In this document: piece by piece, positions 54,225 to 64,000 of the stretch
Layout: each line of letters starts with the position of its first letter
Position numbering within the stretch: position 1 is the first letter of the stretch
From: Candidatus Atelocyanobacterium thalassae
Lineage (GTDB): Bacteria > Cyanobacteriota > Cyanobacteriia > Cyanobacteriales > Microcystaceae
DNA: 64,000 bases
Reading direction: 5' to 3'
Assembly: GCA_051971635.1 (NCBI GenBank)
Contig: JBFPLN010000003.1
Coordinates: forward strand, 512,001-576,000
Notes under the pieces: generated by a model
Told to the model about the DNA's origin: nothing
What the model saw: the letters and a program-made list of their open reading frames with translations, nothing else
Database searches by the model: none
Program-made: the position numbers and the translations under genes

Positions 54225-56177
54225 ATGAAATTACCAAATCAAAGATGGAATATCGCTTCACCTAACTCTGAAAAAATTCAATTATTAGCCAAGGAAATGA
54301 AAGTCTCCAACTTGATCATTAAAATAATTTTAAATCGGGAGATAGATACATCACATTTGGCTCGTATTTACCTAAATCCCAATGAAGAGATTTTACCTCC
54401 TCCTTTAGCAGAATTTCCAGATTTGTATAAAAGTATTAACCTTTTAATAACAGCTATTGAGAGACAAGATAAGATTGCAATTTGTGGAGATTATGATGCT
54501 GATGGTATGACCAGTACTTCTTTGTTGTTAAGAGCTTTGAAGTATTTTGGAGGAGATGTCAATTATAAAATTCCTAATAGAATTAAAGATGGTTATGGTA
54601 TTAATAAACAAATTGTAGAAAATTTGGCTAAAGATGGCGTTAAATTAATATTGACAGTGGATAATGGTATTGCAGCTTATGAGCCCATAAAAAAGGCTGT
54701 AGAATTGGGGCTAAATGTTATTATTACGGATCATCATGATATACCTAAAAAATTACCACCTGCAGATGCCATTCTAAATCCTAAATTATTATCTACTCAA
54801 TCACCCTACAGCGGACTGGCTGGAGTAGGAGTTGCATATGTTTTGGCTTTAACTCTTGCTCAAACTTTACATAAAACAGAGGGCATCATAGCCTCTTTAT
54901 TGGAACTTTTTACATTAGGTACTATTGCAGATTTAGCCCCTTTGACTGGAGTTAATCGTCGATGGCTCAAGCAAGGGTTGAAACAATTACCTAATTCGCA
55001 ATTACCAGGTATTCAGGCTTTAATAAAAGTTTCAGGTATTAGTGATGAACAAAAACAGTTAAGATCAGATGATATAGGATTTAAGCTAGGGCCAAGAATT
55101 AATGCGGTAGGGCGTATTGGTGAACCAAAAACTGCCATTGAGTTGTTAACAACTGATAGTCCAGAGGTTGCACTTAAAAGAGCGTTGGAATGTGAAGAAA
55201 TTAATAGTATAAGAAAATCTTTATGTGAGAAAATCGAACAGGAAGCTATAGACTTAATAGAAGATACTCCTCTAAATTATCAAGAGAAAAGAGTTTTAAT
55301 AGTAATTCAACATAAATGGCATCATGGAGTGATTGGTATTGTAGCTTCTCGTTTAGTTGAACGCTATGGAGTACCAGTTTTTATTGGAACTTATGAAGAA
55401 GATGATGAAAATAAAATTCGTGGTTCAGCTAGAGGAATTCCAGAATTCGATATTTTCAATGCTTTACAATACTGCGATGATTTGTTAGATAAATTCGGAG
55501 GACATAAAGCTGCAGGCGGATTTAATTTAAAGCAAAAAAATTTAAAATTTTTTGAGGAAAGACTTAGTGAATTTGCTCATCAACATCTTCAGTTACACCA
55601 TATTAAACCTCTTATTAAAATTGATAGTGAAATTAACTTCAAAGATATAGATAATAATTTATATGAAACACTTGATTCCCTACAACCTTGGGGTATTGGA
55701 AATGCTATCCCTATATTTTGGACATCCAATATAATAATATTAAAACAAAAAATCATAGGGAATAATCATCTTAAACTATTATTAGCTCAAAATGATGGTA
55801 AACAATTTCAAGCTGTAGCTTGGCGTTTTGGAGCTTATTACCCTTTACCAAAGCAATTGGATATAGCCTATAAGTTATCTAAAAATTCGTGGAATGGGCA
55901 AAATAATATTCAGTTAGAAATTGTAGGAATGCGTATTCCTTCATCCATAGATGAAGAATTGCAAAGTACGTTTGAGTTTAATGGTAAACAATATATTTGT
56001 TCCATAAAAGACAAAAAATTAAAGATTAAAAATCTAAAAGGAAAAACATTATCTATTTATAAAGGAGAAAAATATGGATTATTAGAAAATAGTCATGAAA
56101 ACATAAAAACAATTGATATTACACATCAGCCATACTACACCATAGTTAAAATGGCTCTGAACTCTTTGAATTTATGA
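54225..56177 (+). CDS. recJ: Single-stranded-DNA exonuclease RecJ
   Basis: GDYDADG, TVDNG, ITDHH, GTIAD, GPRINAVGR, GSAR and GGHKAAGG. Confidence 0.96.
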   Translation: MKLPNQRWNIASPNSEKIQLLAKEMKVSNLIIKIILNREIDTSHLARIYLNPNEEILPPPLAEFPDLYKSINLLITAIERQDKIAICGDYDADGMTSTSLLLRALKYFGGDVNYKIPNRIKDGYGINKQIVENLAKDGVKLILTVDNGIAAYEPIKKAVELGLNVIITDHHDIPKKLPPADAILNPKLLSTQSPYSGLAGVGVAYVLALTLAQTLHKTEGIIASLLELFTLGTIADLAPLTGVNRRWLKQGLKQLPNSQLPGIQALIKVSGISDEQKQLRSDDIGFKLGPRINAVGRIGEPKTAIELLTTDSPEVALKRALECEEINSIRKSLCEKIEQEAIDLIEDTPLNYQEKRVLIVIQHKWHHGVIGIVASRLVERYGVPVFIGTYEEDDENKIRGSARGIPEFDIFNALQYCDDLLDKFGGHKAAGGFNLKQKNLKFFEERLSEFAHQHLQLHHIKPLIKIDSEINFKDIDNNLYETLDSLQPWGIGNAIPIFWTSNIIILKQKIIGNNHLKLLLAQNDGKQFQAVAWRFGAYYPLPKQLDIAYKLSKNSWNGQNNIQLEIVGMRIPSSIDEELQSTFEFNGKQYICSIKDKKLKIKNLKGKTLSIYKGEKYGLLENSHENIKTIDITHQPYYTIVKMALNSLNL

Positions 56178-56338
56178 TGTAATTATATCAAGATTCTCAT
56201 TTATATTATAAAAATTTATAGTAGCTATTCCTAAAAAACATACTAGTCCTTTTTAGTTAATACCATAGTTTAGTTCCTATCCATTTTTTACTAAAGTGAG
56301 AGAGTGAAGTAATTATCACTCCACCATCTCATTTAGCT

Positions 56339-57307
56339 TTAAAACCAAATATAATTTGCAAAAATACTAAAATTATTTCCTAACATTGTTATTATTTTAT
56401 GGGTTACGGGAAGACTATCAATAACCATCGCTGTACACAGTAACATTAAATATAGGATAGAAAATTTAAATAATGACCGTGCTAAACTTTTATCTAAAGG
56501 GTTTTGTTTCAATAACCAAGTTTTTTGAGCAAATATACCTCCCAAAATGACTGCAGAGATACCATATAATAAACCTAAGGTCTCAGTCGGATACACTAGT
56601 AAAAAAGTACATGGGATGACCAATAAAGTATATAACCAAATTTGATGTACTGTTGATTCTTCTCCTTCTACTACAGGCATCATAGGGACATCAACTTGCG
56701 CATAATCATCTTTAAGCATCAGCGCCAATGCCCAAAAATGAGGAGGAGTCCACAAAAAAATTATGGTAAATAATATCCAAGGTGCCCAACTTAAATCTCC
56801 TGTAACCGCAGCCCAGCCTACAAGAGGAGGGATAGAACCAGCTGCACCGCCAATAACAATATTTTGTGAACTATTACGTTTAAGAAAATGAGTATAAACC
56901 AGCATATAAAATACTATGCCAGACATGGCTAACAACCCACTAAGAAGATTAATATAGGCAACAAAAAGACTAAAAGATAAAAATCCTAATATAAAAGCAA
57001 ATATAAGAGCGTGACGAGACCTAACCCGACCTGATGGGATAGGACGAGTTCTAGTTCTCAACATTTCATAATCAATATCTCGATCATAAATGCAATTCAT
57101 TACTTGAGCTGAGGCAGCCGCGAGGGTTCCTCCAAATAAAGTTATAAATAATTTAAAAGAATTAACTTCACCATTAGAAGCAATCCACATAGATGCAGCA
57201 GTGGTGATAAGTAACAAAGGAATAATCCTAGGTTTAGTTAACTGATAATAGCTTTTGATAACTTGTAAAAAGTTTTCGTTACGGTAAACAACGTCAGTCC
57301 CAATCAT
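56339..57307 (-). CDS. ctaB: Protoheme IX farnesyltransferase (heme O synthase)
   Basis: LTKPRII, DRDID..M.RT..RP, NIVIGGAAG and WTPPHFWAL. Confidence 0.96.
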   Translation of the reverse strand: MIGTDVVYRNENFLQVIKSYYQLTKPRIIPLLLITTAASMWIASNGEVNSFKLFITLFGGTLAAASAQVMNCIYDRDIDYEMLRTRTRPIPSGRVRSRHALIFAFILGFLSFSLFVAYINLLSGLLAMSGIVFYMLVYTHFLKRNSSQNIVIGGAAGSIPPLVGWAAVTGDLSWAPWILFTIIFLWTPPHFWALALMLKDDYAQVDVPMMPVVEGEESTVHQIWLYTLLVIPCTFLLVYPTETLGLLYGISAVILGGIFAQKTWLLKQNPLDKSLARSLFKFSILYLMLLCTAMVIDSLPVTHKIITMLGNNFSIFANYIWF

Positions 57308-57359
57308 GAATTCACACCATATTCTATTAATTTATAATTTATAATTTACCAAGGGAAAA

Positions 57360-58274
57360 TTAACTTTCTCTCGGAACACTGCGCATTGCTAAAGTTGTCA
57401 GAGCTACTAAAGTTCCAAATAACATAACACCGACAGTATGGTGAGTTATGGTTAAAGGTTCTACTTGTAAATGTAAATAGAAAGTCGCAGTTCCTAAGAG
57501 GATTTGACATATTACTATTACTCCAGCAAGCCAAACAAGTTTTTTTAGAGAAGGGTGAAGACTTGAGGTTCGCCAAGTCATAAAAACTAAGCTTAATACT
57601 CCGAGAGTTGTCGGTAAGACACCAATAATATGACTGTTCATAACAGTGCATAATTGAGACTCCTCAAAGCATTGATGTAAAGCCCAGCGGGAACCTACTA
57701 ATCCTCCCAAAAGGCATTGTATATAAACTAAACCAGTTACTAGTAGCCCAACCCAGCGTAAATTACTATTATCTTGAACTTCCAAAGGAGGATTTAATGA
57801 CAATGCAGTAGTGACTAACACTCCAAAAAAAAGTAAAGCGGTACCCAAATGTGCAGTAACGATATCAAATCGTAACATTTTAGTAACAGTAAGTCCTCCT
57901 AAAATTCCCTGAAACAGAATTAAAATAAGTGCTAGTAGTGCAGACCAAGGCAACCATTTTGGAAGTTGCTCACGAAACCAGCAAGAAATCATTAACAAGA
58001 TTATAGTGCTTATTCCAATTAAAGAAGCATCAAGACGGTGGAACCATTCTAAAAAAACTTGTAAGTTCATTTGTTTGGTAGGAACTAGCTGACCGTAGCA
58101 TAATGGCCAATCTGGACAAGCTAAACCTGCATTCATAACCCTTGTTGCACTTCCGACTGCCATTAATAGAAGAGTAGCAATAGCAATTTTCCATATAAAA
58201 GATTTTGTCCATTTTCGGACTTTCAGACTATTATCTTGAGTGTTTATTTGTTCTATCAGAACAGTTCTTGTCAT
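57360..58274 (-). CDS. ctaA: Heme A synthase (COX15/CtaA)
   Basis: GLACPDWPLC, EWFHRL, QGILGGLTV and conserved His in TAHL. Confidence 0.95.
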   Translation of the reverse strand: MTRTVLIEQINTQDNSLKVRKWTKSFIWKIAIATLLLMAVGSATRVMNAGLACPDWPLCYGQLVPTKQMNLQVFLEWFHRLDASLIGISTIILLMISCWFREQLPKWLPWSALLALILILFQGILGGLTVTKMLRFDIVTAHLGTALLFFGVLVTTALSLNPPLEVQDNSNLRWVGLLVTGLVYIQCLLGGLVGSRWALHQCFEESQLCTVMNSHIIGVLPTTLGVLSLVFMTWRTSSLHPSLKKLVWLAGVIVICQILLGTATFYLHLQVEPLTITHHTVGVMLFGTLVALTTLAMRSVPRES

Positions 58275-58727
58275 AACATTTTATTTATCTAATCAAACAA
58301 CTTTTGCGATTCATAAAGTATAAACTCCACAACACAAAATTATTGTTATACGGCCAAACTAGTTCAAATCTTACTGAAGAGTTTATGATTTATGCATTTA
58401 TTTTCAAAAATTTTTGCTAATCCTTTAGATTCAGTTAATGATTACTTTACGTTTCTTAACAATAGATTAAAGATTGTGGACTGTTTGATTATTCCAAAAA
58501 ATAACATTTAAAATAAGTTTGGCTTAATTGTAATTTATAATAGACTCGTAAATGCTAATTCAAGCAGAATACATCTTAACCTAAAGATAAATAATATTTT
58601 ACAATAGTTAACAAAGAAATAACTGATTAAGCATATAAAGAAAGTCATATTACATGTCTAATAGTCCAAATTTATATATTTTTTTATTTATATGATTTTC
58701 TATAAATACTTTATAAGTAGCAGTAGC

Positions 58728-60485
58728 CTACATTCTCTCCAATACATCAATACCTAGTAAGGAAAGACCTAGCTTAAGAGTTCTAGCTGTCAAATTACAT
58801 AGTATTAATCTAGAAAATTTTACAGAATCTACTGATTTTAATACTGGACAATTTTCATAAAAACGATTAAATCTTTTACTTAATTCATACAAGTATTCAC
58901 AAAGACGATTAGGGAGAAGTGTGTCTTCAACTACTTCAATTACTTCATTTAGCTGCAATAAATATTTAGCTAAATCTATTTCTGATTCATCTTGTAAAGT
59001 AAATTGAGTACTCATTTCTAAACTAGTATTTTCTATTCCCCCTTCTCTTAAAATACTTTTAATCCTAGCATAGGCGTAAAGCATATAAGGAGCAGTATTG
59101 CCCTGTAATGAAAGCATTTTACTATAACTAAATACATAATCACTATTACGATTTTGGCTAAGATCAGCATATTTTACAGAGCCAATACCTACAATATTAG
59201 CTACATTGTCAATAAATTCCGGAGATTCTTGTCGATCTTCTACTTGTAATCGATTTTCTAAATTCTTACGGGCCTGATAAATCGCTTTATCCAATAATTC
59301 CCTAAGTTTAATAGTCTCTCCTGAGCGAGTTTTTAGTTTCTTTCCATCTTCTCCCTTAACAAGTCCAAAAGGGACATGCGATATATTGATCTCTTCTAAT
59401 AAAAAATTAGCTTTTTTAGCAACCTGAAAAACTTGTGTAAAATGATTGGATTGACCTGAATCAGTTATATAAATAATCCGTTTAGCTTTATCTACATTAA
59501 TTCTATATTTCAAAGCAGCTAAGTCTGTAGTAGCGTAATTATAACCATCGTCAGACTTTTGAACAATTAAAGGAAGAGGATTACCAGCCTTATTAGTAAA
59601 CCCTTCTAGAAAAACACATTTAGCTCCATCACTTATTTCTAGAATCTTTTGTTTATCTAAATCATTAATGGTTTCTTCTAAAAAAGAATTATAAAAGGAT
59701 TCCCCTCTTTCAACCAGTCGAATTTGTAACATATCATAAATGATTTGGAACTCTTGGCGAGACTGCTCACATAGTAATTGCCATGCTTTACGATACTCTT
59801 TGTTACCTAACTGTAGCTTAACTACTGCTTCTCTAGAAATTTTTTGAAATTGAGGATCTTCATCAAAACGTTTTTTTGCTTGTTTATAAAAATTGACCAA
59901 ATCCTGTATTTGTAGGACATTTGCTTCAGACAGAGCATCAGGGAATACTTCTTTTAAGTAAGAAATCAGCATTCCAAATTGTGTTCCCCAATCTCCTACA
60001 TGATTTAATCTTAAGACGTCATGACCTATAAATTCTAGAACACGAGAAATGGAATCACCAATAATTGTGGATCTAAGGTGACCAACATGCATTTCTTTGG
60101 CTATATTCGGACTGGAAAAATCAACGATTATTTTTGAGCGATTATCAGTTTTTACAATTCCTAGTCTTTCATCATCATATAATAATTTAAGTTGATCCTC
60201 TAAATAGCTCTTTTTAATTCTTAAATTAATAAAACCAGGACCACCTATAGAAGGAATATCATATACTTGGCTTGTAGGTAAATTATCAATAATTATCTGA
60301 GAAATCTCTCGTGGGTTTTTTTTTAATTTCTTGGATAACTCAAAAGCAACATTTACTTGATAATCTGCATATCTAAAGTCTTTAGCTATCGATACTTGAG
60401 GATTAATAGACTTTAATTCTTCACCAAATGATTTAATCAATGTATGGCTGAAATCTTGAATTATTTTTTTATTAAGAGGAATCAT
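58728..60485 (-). CDS. argS: Arginine--tRNA ligase
   Basis: [41 protein letters not shown] and terminal ERM. Confidence 0.98.
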   Translation of the reverse strand: MIPLNKKIIQDFSHTLIKSFGEELKSINPQVSIAKDFRYADYQVNVAFELSKKLKKNPREISQIIIDNLPTSQVYDIPSIGGPGFINLRIKKSYLEDQLKLLYDDERLGIVKTDNRSKIIVDFSSPNIAKEMHVGHLRSTIIGDSISRVLEFIGHDVLRLNHVGDWGTQFGMLISYLKEVFPDALSEANVLQIQDLVNFYKQAKKRFDEDPQFQKISREAVVKLQLGNKEYRKAWQLLCEQSRQEFQIIYDMLQIRLVERGESFYNSFLEETINDLDKQKILEISDGAKCVFLEGFTNKAGNPLPLIVQKSDDGYNYATTDLAALKYRINVDKAKRIIYITDSGQSNHFTQVFQVAKKANFLLEEINISHVPFGLVKGEDGKKLKTRSGETIKLRELLDKAIYQARKNLENRLQVEDRQESPEFIDNVANIVGIGSVKYADLSQNRNSDYVFSYSKMLSLQGNTAPYMLYAYARIKSILREGGIENTSLEMSTQFTLQDESEIDLAKYLLQLNEVIEVVEDTLLPNRLCEYLYELSKRFNRFYENCPVLKSVDSVKFSRLILCNLTARTLKLGLSLLGIDVLERM

Positions 60486-60610
60486 CTAGATTATTAATAT
60501 TCTAAAACAGCTGGCATTTTCAGGTTATCATACCAAAGACTATGACATAGCCTAGATCATGATAAAAGTTAAGTAATTTAAAATTTTTAATTATAAATAA
60601 TTGTATAATC

Positions 60611-61282
60611 TTAGTAGAATAGAAATTCTAGATCAATCTTAGAAGCAACATCAAGTAGTACTTTAGTATCTTCTGTATCTTTTATATAAGGCAACATCCC
60701 TAGCACTGGAACATGTGTTAAAGACTGAATAAGATTAACTGGCGCTAGCTCAAAATTTTTTTCTTGAACTAAAGGACATATACAATTTAGTATTATTCCC
60801 TTTATATTTACCTTGTTTTTTGCTGCTAGCGCAATGTTAGCTCCAACCTGATGAATTGTATTTTGTTCTATTGGCACTATTAAAATAGTTGGTAAGTTCC
60901 ATATTCCAATAATATCAGATACTAATAGTTCTTTTGTAATAGGAGAACCTAAACTATTAGCTCCTTCCACTAAAACTAAATCTAGCTCATCTTGTAAAGA
61001 ATTTAAAGTTTTCCATAATTTACCTAAAAGATCAGAACATGGGTTATTTACATTCATGAGATCTTCAATGCTTGGCAATTGAGATTTAACAATTTTTATA
61101 TTGTTTAGTGAATTAGAAGTATAACTCTCAAGTAGTTCATTTTCCTTTTTCCCGTTCTCCGCTAGACTTAAAATTCCTAAAGATTCTTCGTAAAAATAAG
61201 TTTGTTTATAAATAGCTAAAATTTTTGTTAGTAGAGTTTTCCCGGAGCTGGGAACTGTTCCTGTAATAAATAATGTTTGCAT
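60611..61282 (-). CDS. bioD: Dethiobiotin synthetase-like protein (degenerate active site)
   Basis: LFITGT...GKT, LVLVEG, LGSPIT, W.LP.ILIVP and PVLG.LP match the cyanobacterial BioD fold, but several catalytic motifs are altered. Confidence 0.7.
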   Translation of the reverse strand: MQTLFITGTVPSSGKTLLTKILAIYKQTYFYEESLGILSLAENGKKENELLESYTSNSLNNIKIVKSQLPSIEDLMNVNNPCSDLLGKLWKTLNSLQDELDLVLVEGANSLGSPITKELLVSDIIGIWNLPTILIVPIEQNTIHQVGANIALAAKNKVNIKGIILNCICPLVQEKNFELAPVNLIQSLTHVPVLGMLPYIKDTEDTKVLLDVASKIDLEFLFY

Positions 61283-62406
61283 TTAACTATATTAAAAAAT
61301 GATTTGTTAGCTGATTATGATTATGGATTTATTAGAAATATTTTTCTATATAAAAATCTTTACAATAGATCTAAAGTATTAAGCTTCTATTAAAAATTAT
61401 ATAGCTTAACTAGGTAATACATAAATTTTAATAAAATATAAAAGTTATTTAGGCTATTTACTATGAAAACGATTAAGCTATATGATTTTTACTAAAATTA
61501 TTCTTATTCGTTAGCTATATTTCCATTAAAATTAGTAGTTTTCTTATTTACTACAAAAAAATAAAAATTTTGTAATTGCTAATTGTATTCTAATTGCAAT
61601 CATAGGTAATGACTGAAAGAAAGTATAAATTAGATAATAGTAGAATGATACCTTTGATTTATAAATAAAATTGCATTAAGACTAAGATGATTTATAAAAA
61701 AACGGGACTTTTTTCCCATTACTTTACTTGAAGATAATAACCTTGTATATCAACATATTGCGCCAGATTTTTAATTTAAACTCTTACTTTTATAAAGATA
61801 TATATAGCTTTATGCATTAAGTACCTAGGATGCAAAATGTTAGTTATAAAATTTTTAGCAGTTATGTCAGTAAAATTTTATAATAATAAATACTAATAAA
61901 AGTTAACATGTTACTTTCCTCAAAAACACCCTGAAAATCAATAATGCATAAATATTCTCGATCAATTTGGAAAATGAAAATATTTTTTTAAAAACGGAAG
62001 ATTATGTAAGCTTAACAGAGTTTCATCTGATACTAAGCTAATCTAAATTAGTACACTAAATTAAATTCGTTACTCATTTGGTTTATAACTATATTTTTCT
62101 AACTTTTAGTTGATACTAATGTAGATAGAAAGATTATGATATGAATTGTGGGTTAAGAAAAATAAATTTACTTTTTAGACTTAGTAACAACTTTTAGTCA
62201 ATAAGTAAATAAAATTGTTAGATACATATTTATAGTGATGACTATAAAATCGACATTATCCTAACGTATGTATCTAAGTTCACAAGAGTAACGTGGTCGT
62301 ATTGCATCATTAAAACTAAGTCAATCGATACTTATACACTGTGAAATCTTCCTCCAGCTACTGTAATGGAGTAAAGGTTATTTAACCTCTGTAAACACAT
62401 AAATGA

Positions 62407-63312
<906 letters not shown>

Positions 63313-63341
63313 ATTTTAAATATCATCTTTAACTATCTAAT

Positions 63342-63370
63342 GAGGGGGTCAAATTTTTGCCCTCTTTTTT
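63342..63370 (+). terminator. Probable petH terminator
   Basis: gaggg..caaa-tt-tttg.ccctc hairpin followed by a T-run, 30 nt after the stop. Confidence 0.55.
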
Positions 63371-63531
63371 CTTAATTTTCAGAGCATACTTAGTTAAGCA
63401 AGGAATCAGGAATATATTACAGATTTAAAGATATTGAATTGCAATTTATAAAAAAATTTACAGAGATCATATAAATATTTAAATAGTTTATTATTTAAAT
63501 TACATGTAATGTAGTTATAAAATGAAACACA

Positions 63532-63999
63532 TCATGAGATTACCTGGGTAAGTACCTCTCTGTGCAACATAGCACGTTCTTTTAATTTTGTTATTGAGCT
63601 ATCAAGCGGTTGCACACTATTAAAAAAATATTCTAGCCATGAATTCTTTATCGTATCCGAATTGTTAGGTAATTTATTAAGTTCCCATCCAGGAATATTT
63701 ATTTCCTCCATCAAATATTTAACTTTAGGATCGTAACTTAAGGCAAAACATCGAGACTTTTCTGAAGCAGCCATAATTAAACAATGTAATCTCATTCCTA
63801 TAGTCATATTAATATTTTTAAATAACCCTTTTAATTCTTGTGGATCATCTACTTGAATAATTTCATGAGACTTTAATAATCTTTTAGATATAAAATGTGC
63901 CATTTCAAGATCTTGAGAAGCCTGAAATGGCACTAATAAAATATATGCATTAGTAATTTTTTGAAAATCGACTAATGCATTAGTTAACAACTTTAATCT
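63532..63999 (-). CDS. csaB: Polysaccharide pyruvyl transferase CsaB (3' part; runs off window end)
   Basis: LLVPFQ..QD, IGMRLHCLIMAA and ALSYDPKV; the frame is open to the window edge. Confidence 0.85.
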   Translation of the reverse strand, partial: RLKLLTNALVDFQKITNAYILLVPFQASQDLEMAHFISKRLLKSHEIIQVDDPQELKGLFKNINMTIGMRLHCLIMAASEKSRCFALSYDPKVKYLMEEINIPGWELNKLPNNSDTIKNSWLEYFFNSVQPLDSSITKLKERAMLHREVLTQVIS

Positions 64000-64000
64000 T

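Noticed and set aside
57346..58212. Alternative-frame ORFs 57346-57651 and 58030-58212 inside ctaA
   Set aside because: ctaA is intact in its own frame, so there is no sign of a frameshift or overprinted gene.
61862..61921. GAGGAA + ATG 15-codon ORF (MLTFISIYYYKILLT) on the minus strand, superficially like PsbI/PetL starts; I also looked for a prk remnant beside petH
   Set aside because: Similarity is limited to MLT, and no PRK motifs were found in the frames I translated.

Overview
This is a very AT-rich (about 30% GC by eye) chromosomal segment of a genome-reduced unicellular cyanobacterium of the Crocosphaera/Cyanothece type. It is most consistent with UCYN-A (Candidatus Atelocyanobacterium thalassa, the haptophyte nitroplast), though that is an inference from gene content and composition. 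About 45 mostly housekeeping CDSs are present. They cover translation (mnmA, rpsB-tsf, argS, der, rbgA), DNA metabolism (topA, recJ, dciA-like), NDH-1/FNR/oxidase assembly (ndhB, ndhD1, petH, ctaA/ctaB), chlorophyll and phylloquinone (chlB, gun4, menA, menF), envelope and division (ftsQ-ftsZ, ftsI, an FtsL-like gene, dapF, LptF/G, csaB), and sqdX, ispF, ribF, carB, ggpP, clpB and sigG with its anti-sigma factor. I saw no tRNA, rRNA, CRISPR array, transposase or prophage, and no clear new multi-gene system. The interesting signals are footprints of reductive evolution: a probable inversion separating the ftsL-like gene from ftsI, an FNR that lacks the phycobilisome-linker domain with a possible relic upstream, a catalytically degenerate BioD, decayed spacers with an orphan Shine-Dalgarno and start codon, a perfect 20-bp promoter palindrome, a REP-like relic and several long AT-rich hairpins.
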